From: the human T2T-CHM13v2.0 reference genome, Homo sapiens
Strand: one strand, 5' to 3'
Assembly: GCF_009914755.1 (NCBI RefSeq)
Contig: NC_060942.1
Length of the DNA: 64,000 bases
The translations under genes and the position numbers were made by a program. Of this stretch, positions 17,461 through 31,597 are shown piece by piece (positions within the stretch are counted from its first letter, which is position 1; each line of letters starts with the position of its first letter). Under the pieces are notes generated by a model, which saw only the letters and a program-made list of their open reading frames with translations, searched no databases and was not told the origin of the DNA.

Positions 17461-18659
17461 ATGGTTCAATGTACACATGAATTTCCTAGTTGTCTTCCCT
17501 AAGAGGACCTAAAGATGGAATCCAACAGCAGTGAGCACGCCAGATTACTTAGTGTCTTAATCATGGTTTTTTAACACCATTTTCCAATAAAAGGAACCAA
17601 GGATCAGTGGAGGATTGGTTGATTCCAGAGCTGGGGTTAAGATGAGCAGGCAACATCGTGTGGTACCAGAAACAGGAAGTTATTAAAAAAAAAAAAAAAA
17701 GATGGGGCTTGCAGAAAGAACAGAGCTGCCAAGCTGGAAAAGCTCCCAAGAGTCAAAGTTGAACATTTTGAGCACAAAATAAATAATGATGGTATTGAAT
17801 TTTAACCCATAGAATAAACGATACTTCCCTGAGCCCATAAATAAATAATAGAATCAGTAAATACTTAGGGGAAAAGACATCACTCTCCTTACAATAAAAT
17901 TCTAATTAATAAAAGTAGAAAAGACATGGAAAATCACTATTAGACAAGCACCACAGTAAAACATTGTTGGAGATGAGATCCACTGATGGATACAAAAATG
18001 AATGGGTAGAATTTTGAGAAACCGATTTGCATGGTATAAAAGTATTAATGTTATAAATAGAGAAATCTGGAATACACCATTATAACATGTGATTAAAGAC
18101 AACAGCACCAATCATAAGACATGTAGACATTATGAAGCCCTTGATATGATGCACTGAGAAGTATAAATCATTTCTGTGGTATTTTTGACAAAAATGCACA
18201 GCTTATTCCAATCACGAAAAATCATGGAACTGCAATTGAGGGACATTTGTCAAAATAACTGATGAGTACTCTTCAAAAGAGACAAGATTTTGAAACCCGG
18301 GAGACTACAGACTATCAGACTATCACGGTTTGGAGAAGACTTAGGGGTAAAAACAACAAGGGTGGAATCTTGGAACAGAAAAAAGGCATTGTAAGAACTG
18401 GTAAAATTTGAATAGGGTCTGGAGTTGACTTAATAGTGTATATTGATACTAGTTTCTTGGTTTTGATTCTTATGCTATGGTTATGTAAGATGTTACCATC
18501 AGGGGAAGCTGGGTGAGTACGATACAGGAATTCTCAATCTACCTTTGCTAATTTCTCTAAGCTTACATAATTATTTTTTTCTTTTTACTTTTTTTCCTTC
18601 AGTCTCCCTGCCAACAGAAGTCTATATAATTAGCTCCAAACAAAAAGTTAAGCAAACTA

Positions 18660-19420
18660 GGCAAAATATATTCAGAATCTGAATACTTCTCAACACCTTG
18701 CTTTCCATCACACTGGCCAGAGCCCACTCCCCTGACTTTCTGAAATACCCTTTCCTGCTTCTATCCCCTCTCCCCACTCTGCCCCAGTCATCTTCGGAAA
18801 ACATAAGTCAGATCATGTCACTTCTCTGTTCAGAATTCTCTAACAACTCCTTACTTCTATCAGAGAAAATCAGTCTTTTCAAAAGCCTCCAAATTCACAT
18901 ACATAATCGGCACCCCACATTCCCTCTCTAACCTGATTTTCAACTTTCCTCCATTTCCATCCTCTCCTGCCTCCCTGTTGTCCTTGAACACTCCAAGCTC
19001 ACACTCCAGCCTTAGGGTCTTTCACAAATCGTTCTCTCTGTTTGGAAACTTCTTCCAGTGGCCACCATCCCCCCGCACCCATACACACAGTATCTCCTTT
19101 CCTTCCTTTAATTCTAATCTCTCCCTTCCCATGAAACACACAATCACCACCCTACTTGATGGTGCAACATGGGCATCACACCCTTCTCCCTGCTCTACCT
19201 TTCCTTTTCTTCTATAGGCTTTATCATGTTCTAACATACCAGCCAGGCAACTTAATAGTCATGTTTATTTTTTTTTCTTCATCCATCTATGGCCCCTTCC
19301 TCTCAATTTAAGCCCTATGAGAGAAGATACCTTTGCTCTTTTCATTGATGAATCCCTAGAACAGTAATAGATAAATAATGGCACTGTTTATATAATTTCA
19401 AGTAATTAAATATTTGTTCT
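18660..19420 (+). mobile_element. L2 3' region
   Basis: aaacataagtcagatcatgtcacttctctgttca...taattaaatatttgtt. Confidence 0.75.
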
Positions 19421-21144
19421 CTCATTGATAGTATAAACAGAAATCAGAAGGGTTATACTTTGTGACTAACTCCACCAGATAACATCTTTACAATATGGGT
19501 ATTCACATCCTAAGAGTCGCACAAATGCAATTCCCTTTTTTTTTTTAAAGAAAGTGAAGAAATATATCCAACCAGATATTTTATTTCATGTAACAACTAT
19601 TGTGGGTTTCAAGGAAATATTTTGATAACCTTTTGCCACAATACTAAATTGAGTTGCTTCCAACTAAAGCTAAGTGGCCATGATTAATGGTCAAGGCATA
19701 AACACTACCACTTATTGCTTGATTTTTAAAAATGAGAGTTTAGGACATATTTAGGTAGATTTCACAAAATTTTTATTTTTATATTGTATGGACATCAGCA
19801 GCAATTCTTTATGTTAAATTTATTTTCTGAACAAATACAAACTTTGTTATTTTTCCGAATAGATATAGAAAGGTCATAATTCCTTCCATGATCCCAAATA
19901 AATTTTTTATTTGTCCCATTAAACTTCTCAAAGGGGTTAGCAAAAACAATAGACATTGTGTGCCCTTGACTTGCTGTAGCCAAACTTTTTGAACAGTATC
20001 ATCCAGAGTAACTGACAAATGTCTAATACAGTGGGCTATTTTTTGTGAGAGACTTTGCTTTTTTTCTTTTATTTGCTTCTATGTATTCTTCTTTGTCTTT
20101 TTCTTTCTTTATTTTTTCAAATGAAAAGGAGGTAATGGGTGTTGGTAATGTTGCCAGTTGACAACTCATTTCTAGCATGCAATCGAGCTTCTAAACAGCC
20201 TTATGTTTTGTTTTCTATTCGTGGTTGGTTGCCCCCTTTAACCTTATCAAAGCAGTTAAATTTCTTCAAACTGTCAACCAGAGCCGTGTCAGCATCTTAA
20301 AGACAGCCACTGCTGACACGGCTCAGCAAAGCTGAATTGATCTTTCACCCCGTAGGGCATTCCACACAGAGAGCCAGTGCACCACCACCCTGAGCTTGAC
20401 TTAAAGTTCAGCCTTTTCTGCCTGGTTGTCGGGAAGGCAAGCTGTGCTGTTCCATAGCAGTATTTAAAAACACTTCTGTTTCTGTGTATTAACACTTTGG
20501 CTTTTCTCTTAGCCTTGTAAGTGCCTAAGGGAGAAAGTTTGAGGAAAGAGGGAAAAAAATCAGAGGTAAATCCAACATACTGTGTGTCCCATGGCTTAAA
20601 TAATAATCAGAGTACACTATTGCGAATTCAAATGACATGAAGTGGTGCTATCTGAGCACCAAGGAGTGTTTTCTTATCAAACTCTCAATACTTTTTTTGC
20701 CCTTCTCCATCTCCCAGCTCCCTGACCCTTCCATGCTTAAAGTCCTGTAAATTTCTGGAAAAGATTCTGAAACAAATATAGCTACCTCAGACAGTTTCTT
20801 TATTGTTGTGACTGGACTTTTTAAAAATTTTCTAGGATCATCTTGATTTAAGAATAGTTTTCCATTTCAATAAGGCAACCACACTTAAAACTAACCATCA
20901 TTTCAAGACTTCTCCACAATATAATATATCTCTAAGTTACTTTTGTGCCTTACTGTCATGGAGCTATTTATAGAAGAAACCTTGTACTAAAAAATTTTAC
21001 TTTAAAAATATTTGCTATTGGTTTGCTAATAGTTCTGCATAAAAATTTGCCCTTGAACTTACTATACTAAGTAATTTGTAGAGTAAAATTGACTGATATG
21101 CTATCATAAGCCCTTTTGATACAATTAAAACTTCCTTGAATTCA

Positions 21145-21300
21145 ATAATCATTTATGAGCATTTTCTATGAGTCAGGTCCTGGGCCTACTGTTGGAATTA
21201 TAGAGATAAATAAGGTAGTTCTTGTTGTCAAATAGCTCACAGTGTGGTCAGGGGATACAGGGAAACAACAACTAATGCCATGTGTTAATTGCTTTATGTA
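21145..21300 (-). mobile_element. L2 3' end fragment
   Basis: catttatgagcattttctatgagtcaggtcctgggc...agctcacagt. Confidence 0.6.
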
Positions 21301-21749
21301 AGCAATCAGGATAATGTATTTTCCATAGATAGAATATCATAAATCCCCACACGTCTGAAAAAGAAACAGCTCCTCTCTACTGATATGAAAGTGTTATCAT
21401 ATGAAACTTCACATTTGATTAAATAAATGACACAGAATTGAAGTAATTTATCCAAGACCAAAAACTTCTTCGTTGACCAAGTTGCGGTTAGCATTTCCAC
21501 ACAGGGAATATGATATCCAGGAGCTGAGAAGGGAGACTGAAAAATCTCAGAGGTAATAAAGTGACCATTATACTGATTCCAACTTAATCTTCCCTGAACT
21601 TCTGCTCTCCTATCAGCATACCATATATTTCCTCTAAAAAAGCACATACATTTTCTGACTTTTCCCTTCCTTCAATATACTAATAAAGTTGATTTTCTCT
21701 TCCCTCTTTCTTCTCTCCTCCTCTCCCTCTCTTTCTCCATTCTCTTTCA

Positions 21750-21751
<2 letters not shown>

Positions 21752-21783
<32 letters not shown>
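21752..21783. repeat. (CA)n preceded by a CT-rich tract
   Basis: directly visible. Confidence 0.95.
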
Positions 21784-21785
<2 letters not shown>

Positions 21786-24159
21786 CATATAATATAGTTC
21801 ATATATATGCTACTGACAGCTTTTAGCTTTCTTTCTTGCAATCTTATTTAACTTCATAGATCCATCATAGTTAATGACCTTCAAAATTGTGATGCCCAAC
21901 CATTGGTTTAATGTTCAAAGGTCAAGAGCACACAAGCATATCCTGCAAGATAGTGATTGAAATGACCTTTAATAGACTTATTTGTTCATAATTTTACCAT
22001 TGTAGGCTGCTGGATATCATAAATCATAAGAAGATATAAAGATAGTTTAGTTTATAAAGGCCCATACATTAAAAAAATCAAATACATTAGGCCCAACTAC
22101 TATTAAGTTTCTGTCTAGGATTCTAAGAAATTACCAACTGGTCGAATTTTAACTACTGTCTTGACTGCAAGTGACATATCCATTCAGGAATCTTCACCTG
22201 ATTTCATTTTCATTTTATAATCAAACTGCAATTACTATACTCTCTCTGCAACTATTCACAACACACATTTAGATATCATTGGGACATTAGGGAATACTTT
22301 TTTCTTATTCTAAAATTTTCCAGAATGTTTCATATACTTTTTCATTTCTCAGTAAAACTTTTAAAACGACTGCAACCAAATGGAAGCTTTATAACATGAG
22401 GTTTATGGAAATTGTTTATGAATATTTAGTTAACTTTAAGGCATGAGCTTATCACTTGGTATACCTTACTTAAGCATTTCACTGTATTCAAACATCACTT
22501 CCCTGGAAGCTTTGCAACAATTTCAGGATAACCATTTACTTTATTGATGTGTCCTCTGAAAAGAATCACAAAGAACCTTAGAGTTCTTATGTAAAATTTG
22601 AACTGAAAGAATGAGTTAGCCCAGCATGTAGCAGCCTTCTCTAAAGTAAAATTTTTGGCTCACTAGGGCTAAACAAAGGAAGAGATCAACAGGCTCCCAA
22701 ATGTATGTTACTTGGGAAATGAGTGATTAAAAATATACATTTTTTGTACTTAGCATCTTAGATACCAATAGGGTGAGTGAGGAAATCAGAAGAGTAAGAG
22801 TGAAGGCAAGCTGACCCTGAGGAGCCTGTGGCAGTTGTCAGCCCAGAATGATGAGGATCTTGGCAAGCAGAGATGAAAGAAAGATCATTATTGCCAGGTC
22901 TCAAGAAGAGGGACTATTCAGGGATTGATTGGTAAATGACTTGAAATGGCAGTAGATCTGAATAAATCAAGATGATTCTGAGGTTCTGCTTCAAGGTTGT
23001 AAACACATCTAGGATTGAACTCATCACCTCTTTACAAATGCAGCTCCTCCTAACTTCAGACACCCTCATCATCTCAATCATAGAAGGTCCATTTTCTCTA
23101 AAGTGGCCCTTTACAAAAGCCTCCTTCTTAGTCATTCTGATTGTAGTCTTCCTATATGTTAACAGGTTTGTGTAATCTATCACTGGGAAATTTTGTGCAT
23201 TTCCGACAGCTCTGTTAATATCATTGGTATGATTGGCAATTCGAATTGCATGGTTCACCATCATCTTCAGCTAGTGACCTTGGAGAGTTTGAGATTAGAC
23301 AACTAAAAATTGAACGGAAGGACAAGCTTATGTTAAATTTGTAGATTATTAATCATCATGCGCCATACAGTTTTCAAAGTATTTTCTCATTTGATTTTTA
23401 CAATCATTTCATAAAGTAGGAATCCCTTTCCAATGATAGAATTGATACTCAGAGATTTAAAACTGGCTGAAAATCCCAGAAGTGTTACTTGTTAGTAACT
23501 TTCTGCAGAATATAATGTAGAAACTTGCAGTTATTACATAGTTCTTTCTTTTTATCCAAACTTAACCCCCATATTAGAGATAGTAGCCTATGAGGCATAA
23601 ACATGCCAGGATTCATAAGATTAACAACCAGAGATTGTATGGATTTCTTTTCAAAAAGTCTTTCAATCACACTAGGGACTTGACTCATGACTTTTAAACT
23701 TCTTCTTTTATATGCCACAAAAGATTCTAGGGCACAATCTAAAAGCAGTGTTTTATTACTTCTTTGCCATCAAAGATCAAGAAATATCACTGGGCTTTTC
23801 ATTCTCTAAGTTGATATGGCATGTAAACTAGCTGTAATGATGTCATGGACAGCCCAGTTGTCCACCCCTCACCTCTGCCCGCAGACCTTAGGCTAGCAGT
23901 TCCTGGGAAATAGTCCCCACCCTAAAAGTCATCAGACCCCAGTTCCCAGAGAAGAGAGGGTTGAGCTAATATCAGGCCCTTTCTCTCAATTTATGTTTCA
24001 TAGTAATTAACCTGCTCCTTGTTGTTCATACTTCTAGCTTGAGCTCCTCTTGCTTGCTTTCCTTCCCTGCAAACACACACAAGTACACACATTTCCAGAA
24101 TCTAAGGTCTCTGATTCCATTCCAGACACCTCTATTCAAAGAACAGCTATGCCACAATA

Positions 24160-24555
24160 GGTCACTTACTGGACTTAATATCAGAAGACCCATATTTAAA
24201 TCCTAGACCTTCCTCATACAATCAGCACAATCTTCATTTAATATTTATGGATGCTTACTGCATGTCAGACTCTATCTTTTGCTTTCCAAATGCTTTAACT
24301 TATTTCTTTCTCACAACATCAATATAAGGTAAGTATTATTATCATCCCCATTTTAGTTTTAAAGAACCCAAGATACTGACATGTTAGGTTACTTGCTTAA
24401 GCTGGTGAGTAGTAGAGTTAGGACAATTATTAACTCATTAATTCTCTCTGCACTTACTTCCTCCTCAGTAAAATAAAGATAACAACATGTCTCTTACAGA
24501 ACTGTGCCTGGATAACACAAGAAAATGTGTATGAAAATACTAATTAAACTATAAG
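24160..24555. mobile_element. MIR fragments in both orientations
   Basis: aggtaagtattattatcatccccatttta (minus) flanked by plus-strand MIR pieces (cctcagtaaaataaagataacaac). Confidence 0.6.
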
Positions 24556-25974
24556 AAGCTCTACAGCATCCCAACATTATTGTTATTGATGATGTCTTGA
24601 AACCACCTTTTGTCAGATCCTAAATGATCTGTCTGGCTCTGATTCATGGTTTTATTAGACTTTCTAGTTACTTTCAACCTGGGCACCCTCTTCCATTTGT
24701 AGCCTGCAGGTAAATATACATTGATATTGACAAAAGTCTCCATTCTCAAAATCAAATGAACTATTATTCCTACCTTATCTTGACAGCTGATACAAGTATG
24801 CTGAGCTTATTACATGCCTTACGTAAGGATTTCCCAAATGTCTCAAACAACAATTCCATGATATAGACATTCCTAAAAGCTATGTAAAAGATACATATGT
24901 GTAATAAAAGCTATGATATTTTATATCTTTATAAACATAAGAATTCATACCAAATATATGGTTCACATAGGACAGAATCATCCCATAGCCAATTAAAGCA
25001 GAAACAAGAAATAGTAATCAAAGGCAGGCAGTATGTGGCCAGCAGGGAAGCATTTGACCTTATGGTTTCTGTCCTTTAATGTGACTATAATGTCATGCTG
25101 TCCTAACATTAATAGAAGCATCAAATCCATAAATTGATTTATGGATCCAAAATGTTTTGACTTTGTGTCTTTACCTCTATGCTTGAAGCCCAGCTAGCTG
25201 CCTGGTTTCTCTTTCATGGGCAAGGTGTCCTTTCTTATACAGCCTTACTTTGAATTTTTACTAAACACTTTACTTGTTTGCAAACTGTATTTTAAAGCTG
25301 TGGCTCTAATCTATAAGACTTGAGCTTCCAGACAAATACAGTATATTGGCAACTTGAAGATGAATGGAATCCTTTCTTTCCTGTATTAAAGTAGAGGAGG
25401 TCCATTATTTCTCACAGCAAGGCTGCTACAGCACCACAGCCCTTGTTCACACATTGCTTTGTATTATCACATTGCAGCATCTAGAGAAGCCAAATTAGCA
25501 ATAAGCAGAATGGGACTGCATGGCTCTGCTTTGGGGCACAACATACCTTCAAGGGGTGAACCCCAAGGTAGAAAGAGAGCAAAGCCTATCAGCCATCTTA
25601 AAAATTTCTTTCCAAGTTTGCCTGCCTGCTTTTTATGTTGATAAATTATGCACAATCATATAAACAAAGAAGTAGTCTCAAAAGAATTGATTTGCCCAAG
25701 ATTATGCAAATGTTAGAAGCATAATTGGAACTTAAGCCCAAATCTTCTAACATCTATTCCTAGTTCTTTGTGGTATAGCAATGCTAATGAAATGTAAGAA
25801 ATACTTACTGATCATCTCTTACACTGGCATATATAAGGCATGGTCCTTGCTCAAAAGGACCTTACACTCTATTTTTGGAACATGACATAAACATGTGAAA
25901 ATTTTATATGCACACACAAATTATTGACAGGTTAAAATACAAGGTTATCATAAGTTCATATGGCTAGCACACTT

Positions 25975-26615
25975 TTAGTGAGAATGCGAAACAGTCCAGC
26001 TGCTATGGAAAACACTACACGGAACTACTCAAAAAATTAAAAATAGAAATATTAAAAGATCCCACAATCCCGCTTCTGGGTATTTATTCAGAAGAATGGG
26101 AAGCAGGATCTTGAGAAGATGATAGCACTCCCATGTTCTCTGCAGTACCAGTCACAATAGCCAAGATGTGGAAACAACCTAAATGTTGATCTACAGATGA
26201 ATGAATCCAGAAAATGTGGCATGGACATACAATAAAATCAGCCTTAAAAAATAAGAAAATTCTGTAATATGCAACAACATGGATGAACTTTGAGGATATT
26301 GTGCTAAGTGAAATAAACCAGTCACAGAAAGAAAACTACAGCATGATTCCACTTATATGAAGTATTTAAAATAGTCAAATTCATGGGATCAAAGGTTGAA
26401 ATGGTGGTTACCAGGAGATGGAGGAAATGGGGAGTTACTAATCAACAGGAATCGCTTCAGTTAAGATGAATGAGTTGTTAAGATCTGCTGTACAATTTTG
26501 TACCTATAGTCCATGGTTGCTGATGATGTACTGTACACTTAAATTTGTTAGAAAGGTAGATCTCATGAGTTTAAGTGTTTTTACCACACTAAAATAAAAT
26601 TAAACAAAATAAAAG
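25975..26615 (+). mobile_element. L1MA9/L1MB-class 3' end
   Basis: cacaatagccaagatgtggaaacaacctaaatg...agatctgctgtacaa...A-rich tail. Confidence 0.88.
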
Positions 26616-26861
26616 AAAGAGAGAGAGAGAGCCTTATCATTCCAAAATGCTATCATCATAGTCTGAATAATAGATCTAATAAAGAAAGATTTTAAAAGTA
26701 AAAAAAAAGTTGATATGAGATGAATTTACAAGTTTTAGGTGTATGTGATAAAATCTGTGTATTTGGATGAGTATGTGGTTCCTGGGTGGGAGCTATCTGG
26801 AAAGTTGGATCAATTGTCAAGTTTATACTTTTTATAATTATCCTTGATTAAATAGGGATAG

Positions 26862-26937
26862 GCAGAGAGGAAGAAAGTAAAGAAGGAAGAGAGGGAGAGA
26901 AGAAGAAAAGGAGAGAGGAAGGGAGGGAGGAAAGAGA
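26862..26937 (+). repeat. Purine-rich (GA) low-complexity tract
   Basis: directly visible. Confidence 0.85.
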
Positions 26938-29274
26938 CACTCTAATGAGGGATGGGAGTGAATAAATGTATAACCATAGGAAATTTTAAGTATAATCACC
27001 CTTAGAATTTGTTAGATTATCATTACTTGATTTCCTTAATACATTAGTCAAACTGTGTAGCAAGACACACATCCACACTCACACTAATTCGTAATCACTT
27101 TGAGTGGATCCTTTCGGCTTTGACAAATTTATGAGTCTTCACATTTTTATCAGGTTTCTCTGCTCATTATGCGAATGGAAACCACTCTTCTACCTGTCCC
27201 AGTGCAGAGGCAGCCTTATCCTACTAGCTCTCTAGACAAGCATGAACATGTCTGAGCCTACAGTGTAAACAAACAACTTGAGTCTTACTTCTGTAATGAT
27301 ATTACAAGTGTGTGTGTCCTTTGTGTGTGTTTATGTATACAACACACACCAACATGGCACACTGAAATATACCACAATTTTTCTCTAAGTAAATAAACCA
27401 GAACTCAGCTGCTATATTTCCAAAAGCCAACATCTCATGCCAACTAATGGAAATAATTCCATGGAAAAATATGAACAGTATTGTTGTATTTTTACACCGA
27501 TAATTATATAAAAATCTTTTTTTCATTGTAACATTTGCCAGCTGCTATTCTTTTGTAATGCATATGGGTGAGTGTTCGGGTGCAAACATAATGTATCATC
27601 CAAACTATTAAGTAATGACCCTCGGACAACCAACATAAACCAGTCTATCACAGGCAAACCGGACACTGTGTGTGGCTACTCAAGCTAGGGATCACTATGT
27701 AAGAAAATTCATGTGCCAACATGAACTTTAATATAAAAATAAGGAAGCAGGGAGAGGCACACAGGTGGGCAGTATAAAGCAATACCTTATGTTTTATTTT
27801 TTAATTGATTTCTGCCATTTTAGGCTTTATGAAATGATCATTATTCCTATTTCAGTTTCAGGAATGAACACCAGGATTTCATACTTCCGGTTTCCTCTGG
27901 CTTTGCCCTTCTTACATACTCACACACCCCATGACATGGAATAAATTGCATGAATCTGATACCATAGCTTTCTAAGCCCTAAAAAAATGTGCAACTCTGA
28001 CCAGCAGTTATTGACTGGGTCAAGGGAGACAATTGTTCCAATACATCCATTCAAGAGTATGGTGTACAATCTATTAAAGGCCCTTGCACGTGCTTCAGTA
28101 TCCAGTCGCTGATCGCCATTCTGTGCTTAATTTGTTTTAATTGTTTTAACTTTATAGTGTGAAATCCAGAATATGAAATATTTGGCAGACACATAAAGTT
28201 GTGAAGGTATGAAAACATCTAATTACTCTTTATAAATATTTAATAGAGAGAAGCCAGACTTTGCCTGAGAATTACAGGCTTTGTAAATTACCATGGTAAC
28301 AATTAGTGTGTTACACCATGTACAGGTATTAATGAGAAACTGGGGACTTCTGCACTGATGGAGTATACAATTTTAATCAGTGAAATGGATGTAAAAGTTA
28401 TTCTTGAAAATAAGGATAAATTTAGTTTTTATCAGTCATGCAAGTGTTTGTCCCGTTTACTTTTATCAGAATTATTTTGTTCTCATAAAATGTAATTTAT
28501 TGTGCACCTACATTTACATGGTACAGTAAGCAAATATAGTTTCTGCCTTCAAGGGAAATCATAAGATTATGATATTTTCTCTCTAAATTATATCAATAGA
28601 GTTAATTTAGCTTGAGACTTCAGTTTGATAATGGGCAAAAATGGATATAGATTATTCATGGGTGAATATGTCCTTTTACTCAATAACATTAAGTCTTTAT
28701 TAACATTTATTGAATATGGTCAGAATCACCTAATCAAATTCCATTATTATGAAAAGAGTATATATCACACTATTCAATTATTCATTCATTCAACAAATAC
28801 TTACTGAGCATCGACACTGTTTTAAGTGTTAGAGATTTGACAATGAACTAGAAGATAAGGTTTCTGTTTTTCAGCAGCTTACATGCTTGGTGTATAGCTA
28901 AGATCCAAGCACACAAATCTTATTTTAATATAATTTCAGATAATGATAAGTTCAATTTTAAAAAGTAAGAGTTAAGTTTAGCAGAGTTTAATCTAGGCAG
29001 GGAGGGCTGTTTTTGATGTGTTTGTTGTTGGGTTTTTTGTTTTTTAGTCAAGATGGTTAGAGAAGGTGTCCCCAAGGAAGTGACAGTTGAGTTGAATAGA
29101 GCCCTGATAAAAGAAAATGGGAAGGGTCAGGAAGATGTTGAAGAAGTTTAAAGCTAGATGGAAAGCTTTGAGAAGGAAGTATTGACTATTGTGAAGTTGC
29201 AAGAATGGAGCAGAGTAGTAGAAAGAGTTCAAAGAGGTAAAAAAAGACCAGATCAAGCAAGTGATCCAAAGTAT

Positions 29275-29770
29275 CTCATAATCAAAATAATGGCCCCCAG
29301 ATGCCCATGCTCTAATCCCCAGCACCTGTGAATGTGTTCCCTTACATGAAAAAAAGGGACTTTGTAGCTATGATTAAGTTAAGAATTTTGAAATAGGGAG
29401 ATCATCCTGGATTATGTGGGCCCAAACTAATCACAGGAGACCTTAAAATCAAAGAGCCTTTATTGACTGCGGTCAGTGAAAGCGGTGAGGAGAGAAGCTG
29501 GCCCAGAATGATGCTCTCTTGCTGGCTTTAAGATGGAGGAAGAGGCCACAAGTCCAGGAATGCAGGTGGCCTCTAGAGGCTGAAAAAGATAAGGAAACTG
29601 ATTTTCTCCTAGAGGCTCCAGAGAGAAACGCAGCTCTGTAGCCACCTTGATTGTAGTCCAGTGAGACATACATCAGATTTCTGACCTACAGAAAGGTAAG
29701 AAAGTAAATTTGTGTTGTTTTAAACTACTAAGTTTGTGGTAATTTTTTATAGCATCAATAAAACTAATAT
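29275..29770 (+). mobile_element. MLT1C/D solo LTR
   Basis: aataatggcccccagatgcccatgctctaatcccc...aagtttgtggtaattttttatagcatcaataaaactaatat. Confidence 0.88.
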
Positions 29771-29810
29771 GAGGGATTTGAGCAGGGGAGTGATATGATG
29801 TGTACAACCT

Positions 29811-29907
29811 GTGTTTTGAGTGATTACTCTGACAGCTATGTGGAGAATATACTGTCAACACTGAAGTATATTCTCCACATAGCTGTCAGAGTAATCACTT
29901 AAAACAC
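29811..29907. repeat. Inverted repeat: 43-bp arms, 11-nt loop, 1 mismatch
   Basis: 29811-29853 is the reverse complement of 29865-29907 at 42/43 positions. Confidence 0.97.
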
Positions 29908-30099
29908 GAGTGGTTTAACACAAGAAACCAAAGATAGTGCCAGTAAGACGAGATAGGATACCATAGTTGCTGAAAGCAACTATGATTGCTTGGACTAGGG
30001 TAACCAAAGTGATGATAAGAAGTGGAAATATTTGAGATAAAATTTGGATGTAAAATCGTGAATGTAGTTCAAAGTCATAGCATTAAATGAGACCATTCC

Positions 30100-30303
30100 T
30101 ACTCTACCGCTTTAGTCAATATGGTAGCCACTACCTCCATGCAGCTACCATTAAAATTAATTAAAAGCTAATAAAATTAAATGTTCAGTTTCCAAGGCAC
30201 ACTTGTCACATCTCAAGCTTAATTGACACATATGGCTATTGGCTACCTATTGGGCAACACAGATAGAGATTTTCATCATCACAGAAAATTGCACTGGACA
30301 GGA
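30100..30303. mobile_element. MER3-like hAT-Charlie MITE
   Basis: caatatggtagccacta...atatggctattggctacc...catcatcacagaaaattgcactggacag. Confidence 0.8.
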
Positions 30304-31597
30304 CTAAAAAAAATGGGACAAGATAGAGAAGAAAAATTTAAAAGGGTCAAGACTAGATCTCTGGGCTATTCCAACTCTCAGAGTGAGGGATAGGAAAAGG
30401 AAAAAGCAAAGTAGACTGAGGAGTGGTTAGTGTTTACTTTTTCCAAGATTTAAAAATATCAAAACACAAATTAGAATACTACACTTAAAACAGACAATGT
30501 GATTCCATATGTGATTAACATAAATGTTGTTTTTGCTTAGCTTTAGCTGTTAAATCAGCTAACAAGCTGGAGGTACTAATGTTCTCTGAGATTCCAGTTA
30601 TTGTTTAGTTCCTTCTAGAATGGAACTTTGGCTCTGAGGGACAGAGTCAGAACAGAAGAGACACAATGAGAGAAAGGGTGGAGTGGTTCTAGAGTAGAGT
30701 TTGCATCCTTCATAACTGTATATTGTGCCATCATTGGACGAGATGAGCAGAGTGGCTAATGGAAAAAGAAAAGCAAGATTAATTTGAATAACAGTTATTT
30801 TCCCTGACTATGCCCAGACTCACACAAAGAAGCTCAAATTAAAGTTTTATCTTTGTACTTTTTCCACTTGCTTGAGAGCTCATGTTTTATGTTACTAATA
30901 AACAATCACCAGCTGAGGATTTCTCAGATGTCTACTGCCCCTTAGCCACAGTCAAGCACTCAATATCTTGGAAGCAGTTGACCTTTGATACCACATTATT
31001 TGATGGTTTTGATGTGTTCATGTAAAGAACACACAATCAAAAAAAGGGCAAAAATCTTACAAGGAGGCAGACCTTGGGTGACAGACTAATGGGTCTCTGA
31101 AAAACCAAAGGAGAACTTTAAGAGTTGGAAATTCTGAGAAGGGCGGAGAGCAGTGCAGTTTAGAGAGAGTGCCGCCATTTTGATTGTTACAGTGCAGTGT
31201 CTATAATAGTTACCTAAAAAGCATTTCACAAACTCATTTACTCTTTGAAATAGTGTTTTCTGTTATGGGATGAAGTATAAATATAGACTTAAGTTCAGCT
31301 TCTTGTAAGTATTGCCTTGTTGGCATCAAAGAAGAAATTGAAAGAAGAACTGAATAAAATGTATTATGAAATACAAAATTTGCTGAAAGACAAGAGAGGG
31401 AGGAAGTTGGATATGAGCATTCATTCAACACATATTTATACTCTTTGTCAAACCCTGACCTTGTTACAAAGAATGCGATGATTGAAGATGCAGAGTTTTT
31501 CCCCAAGAAACTCACATCTCAGTAAAGCACTTAAAATGAACATTTCAGTAAAGCACTTAGTAGAGTGGTCAGCACAGAGCACAGAGTATTCATCATC

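Larger units (their letters stand above)
28775..30430 (-). mobile_element. L2 (interrupted by MLT1, MER3 and an inverted-repeat hairpin)
   Basis: ttattcattcattcaacaaatacttactgagca 3' end; aggaagtgacagttgagttga; tttgagcaggggagtgatatgat. Confidence 0.75.
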
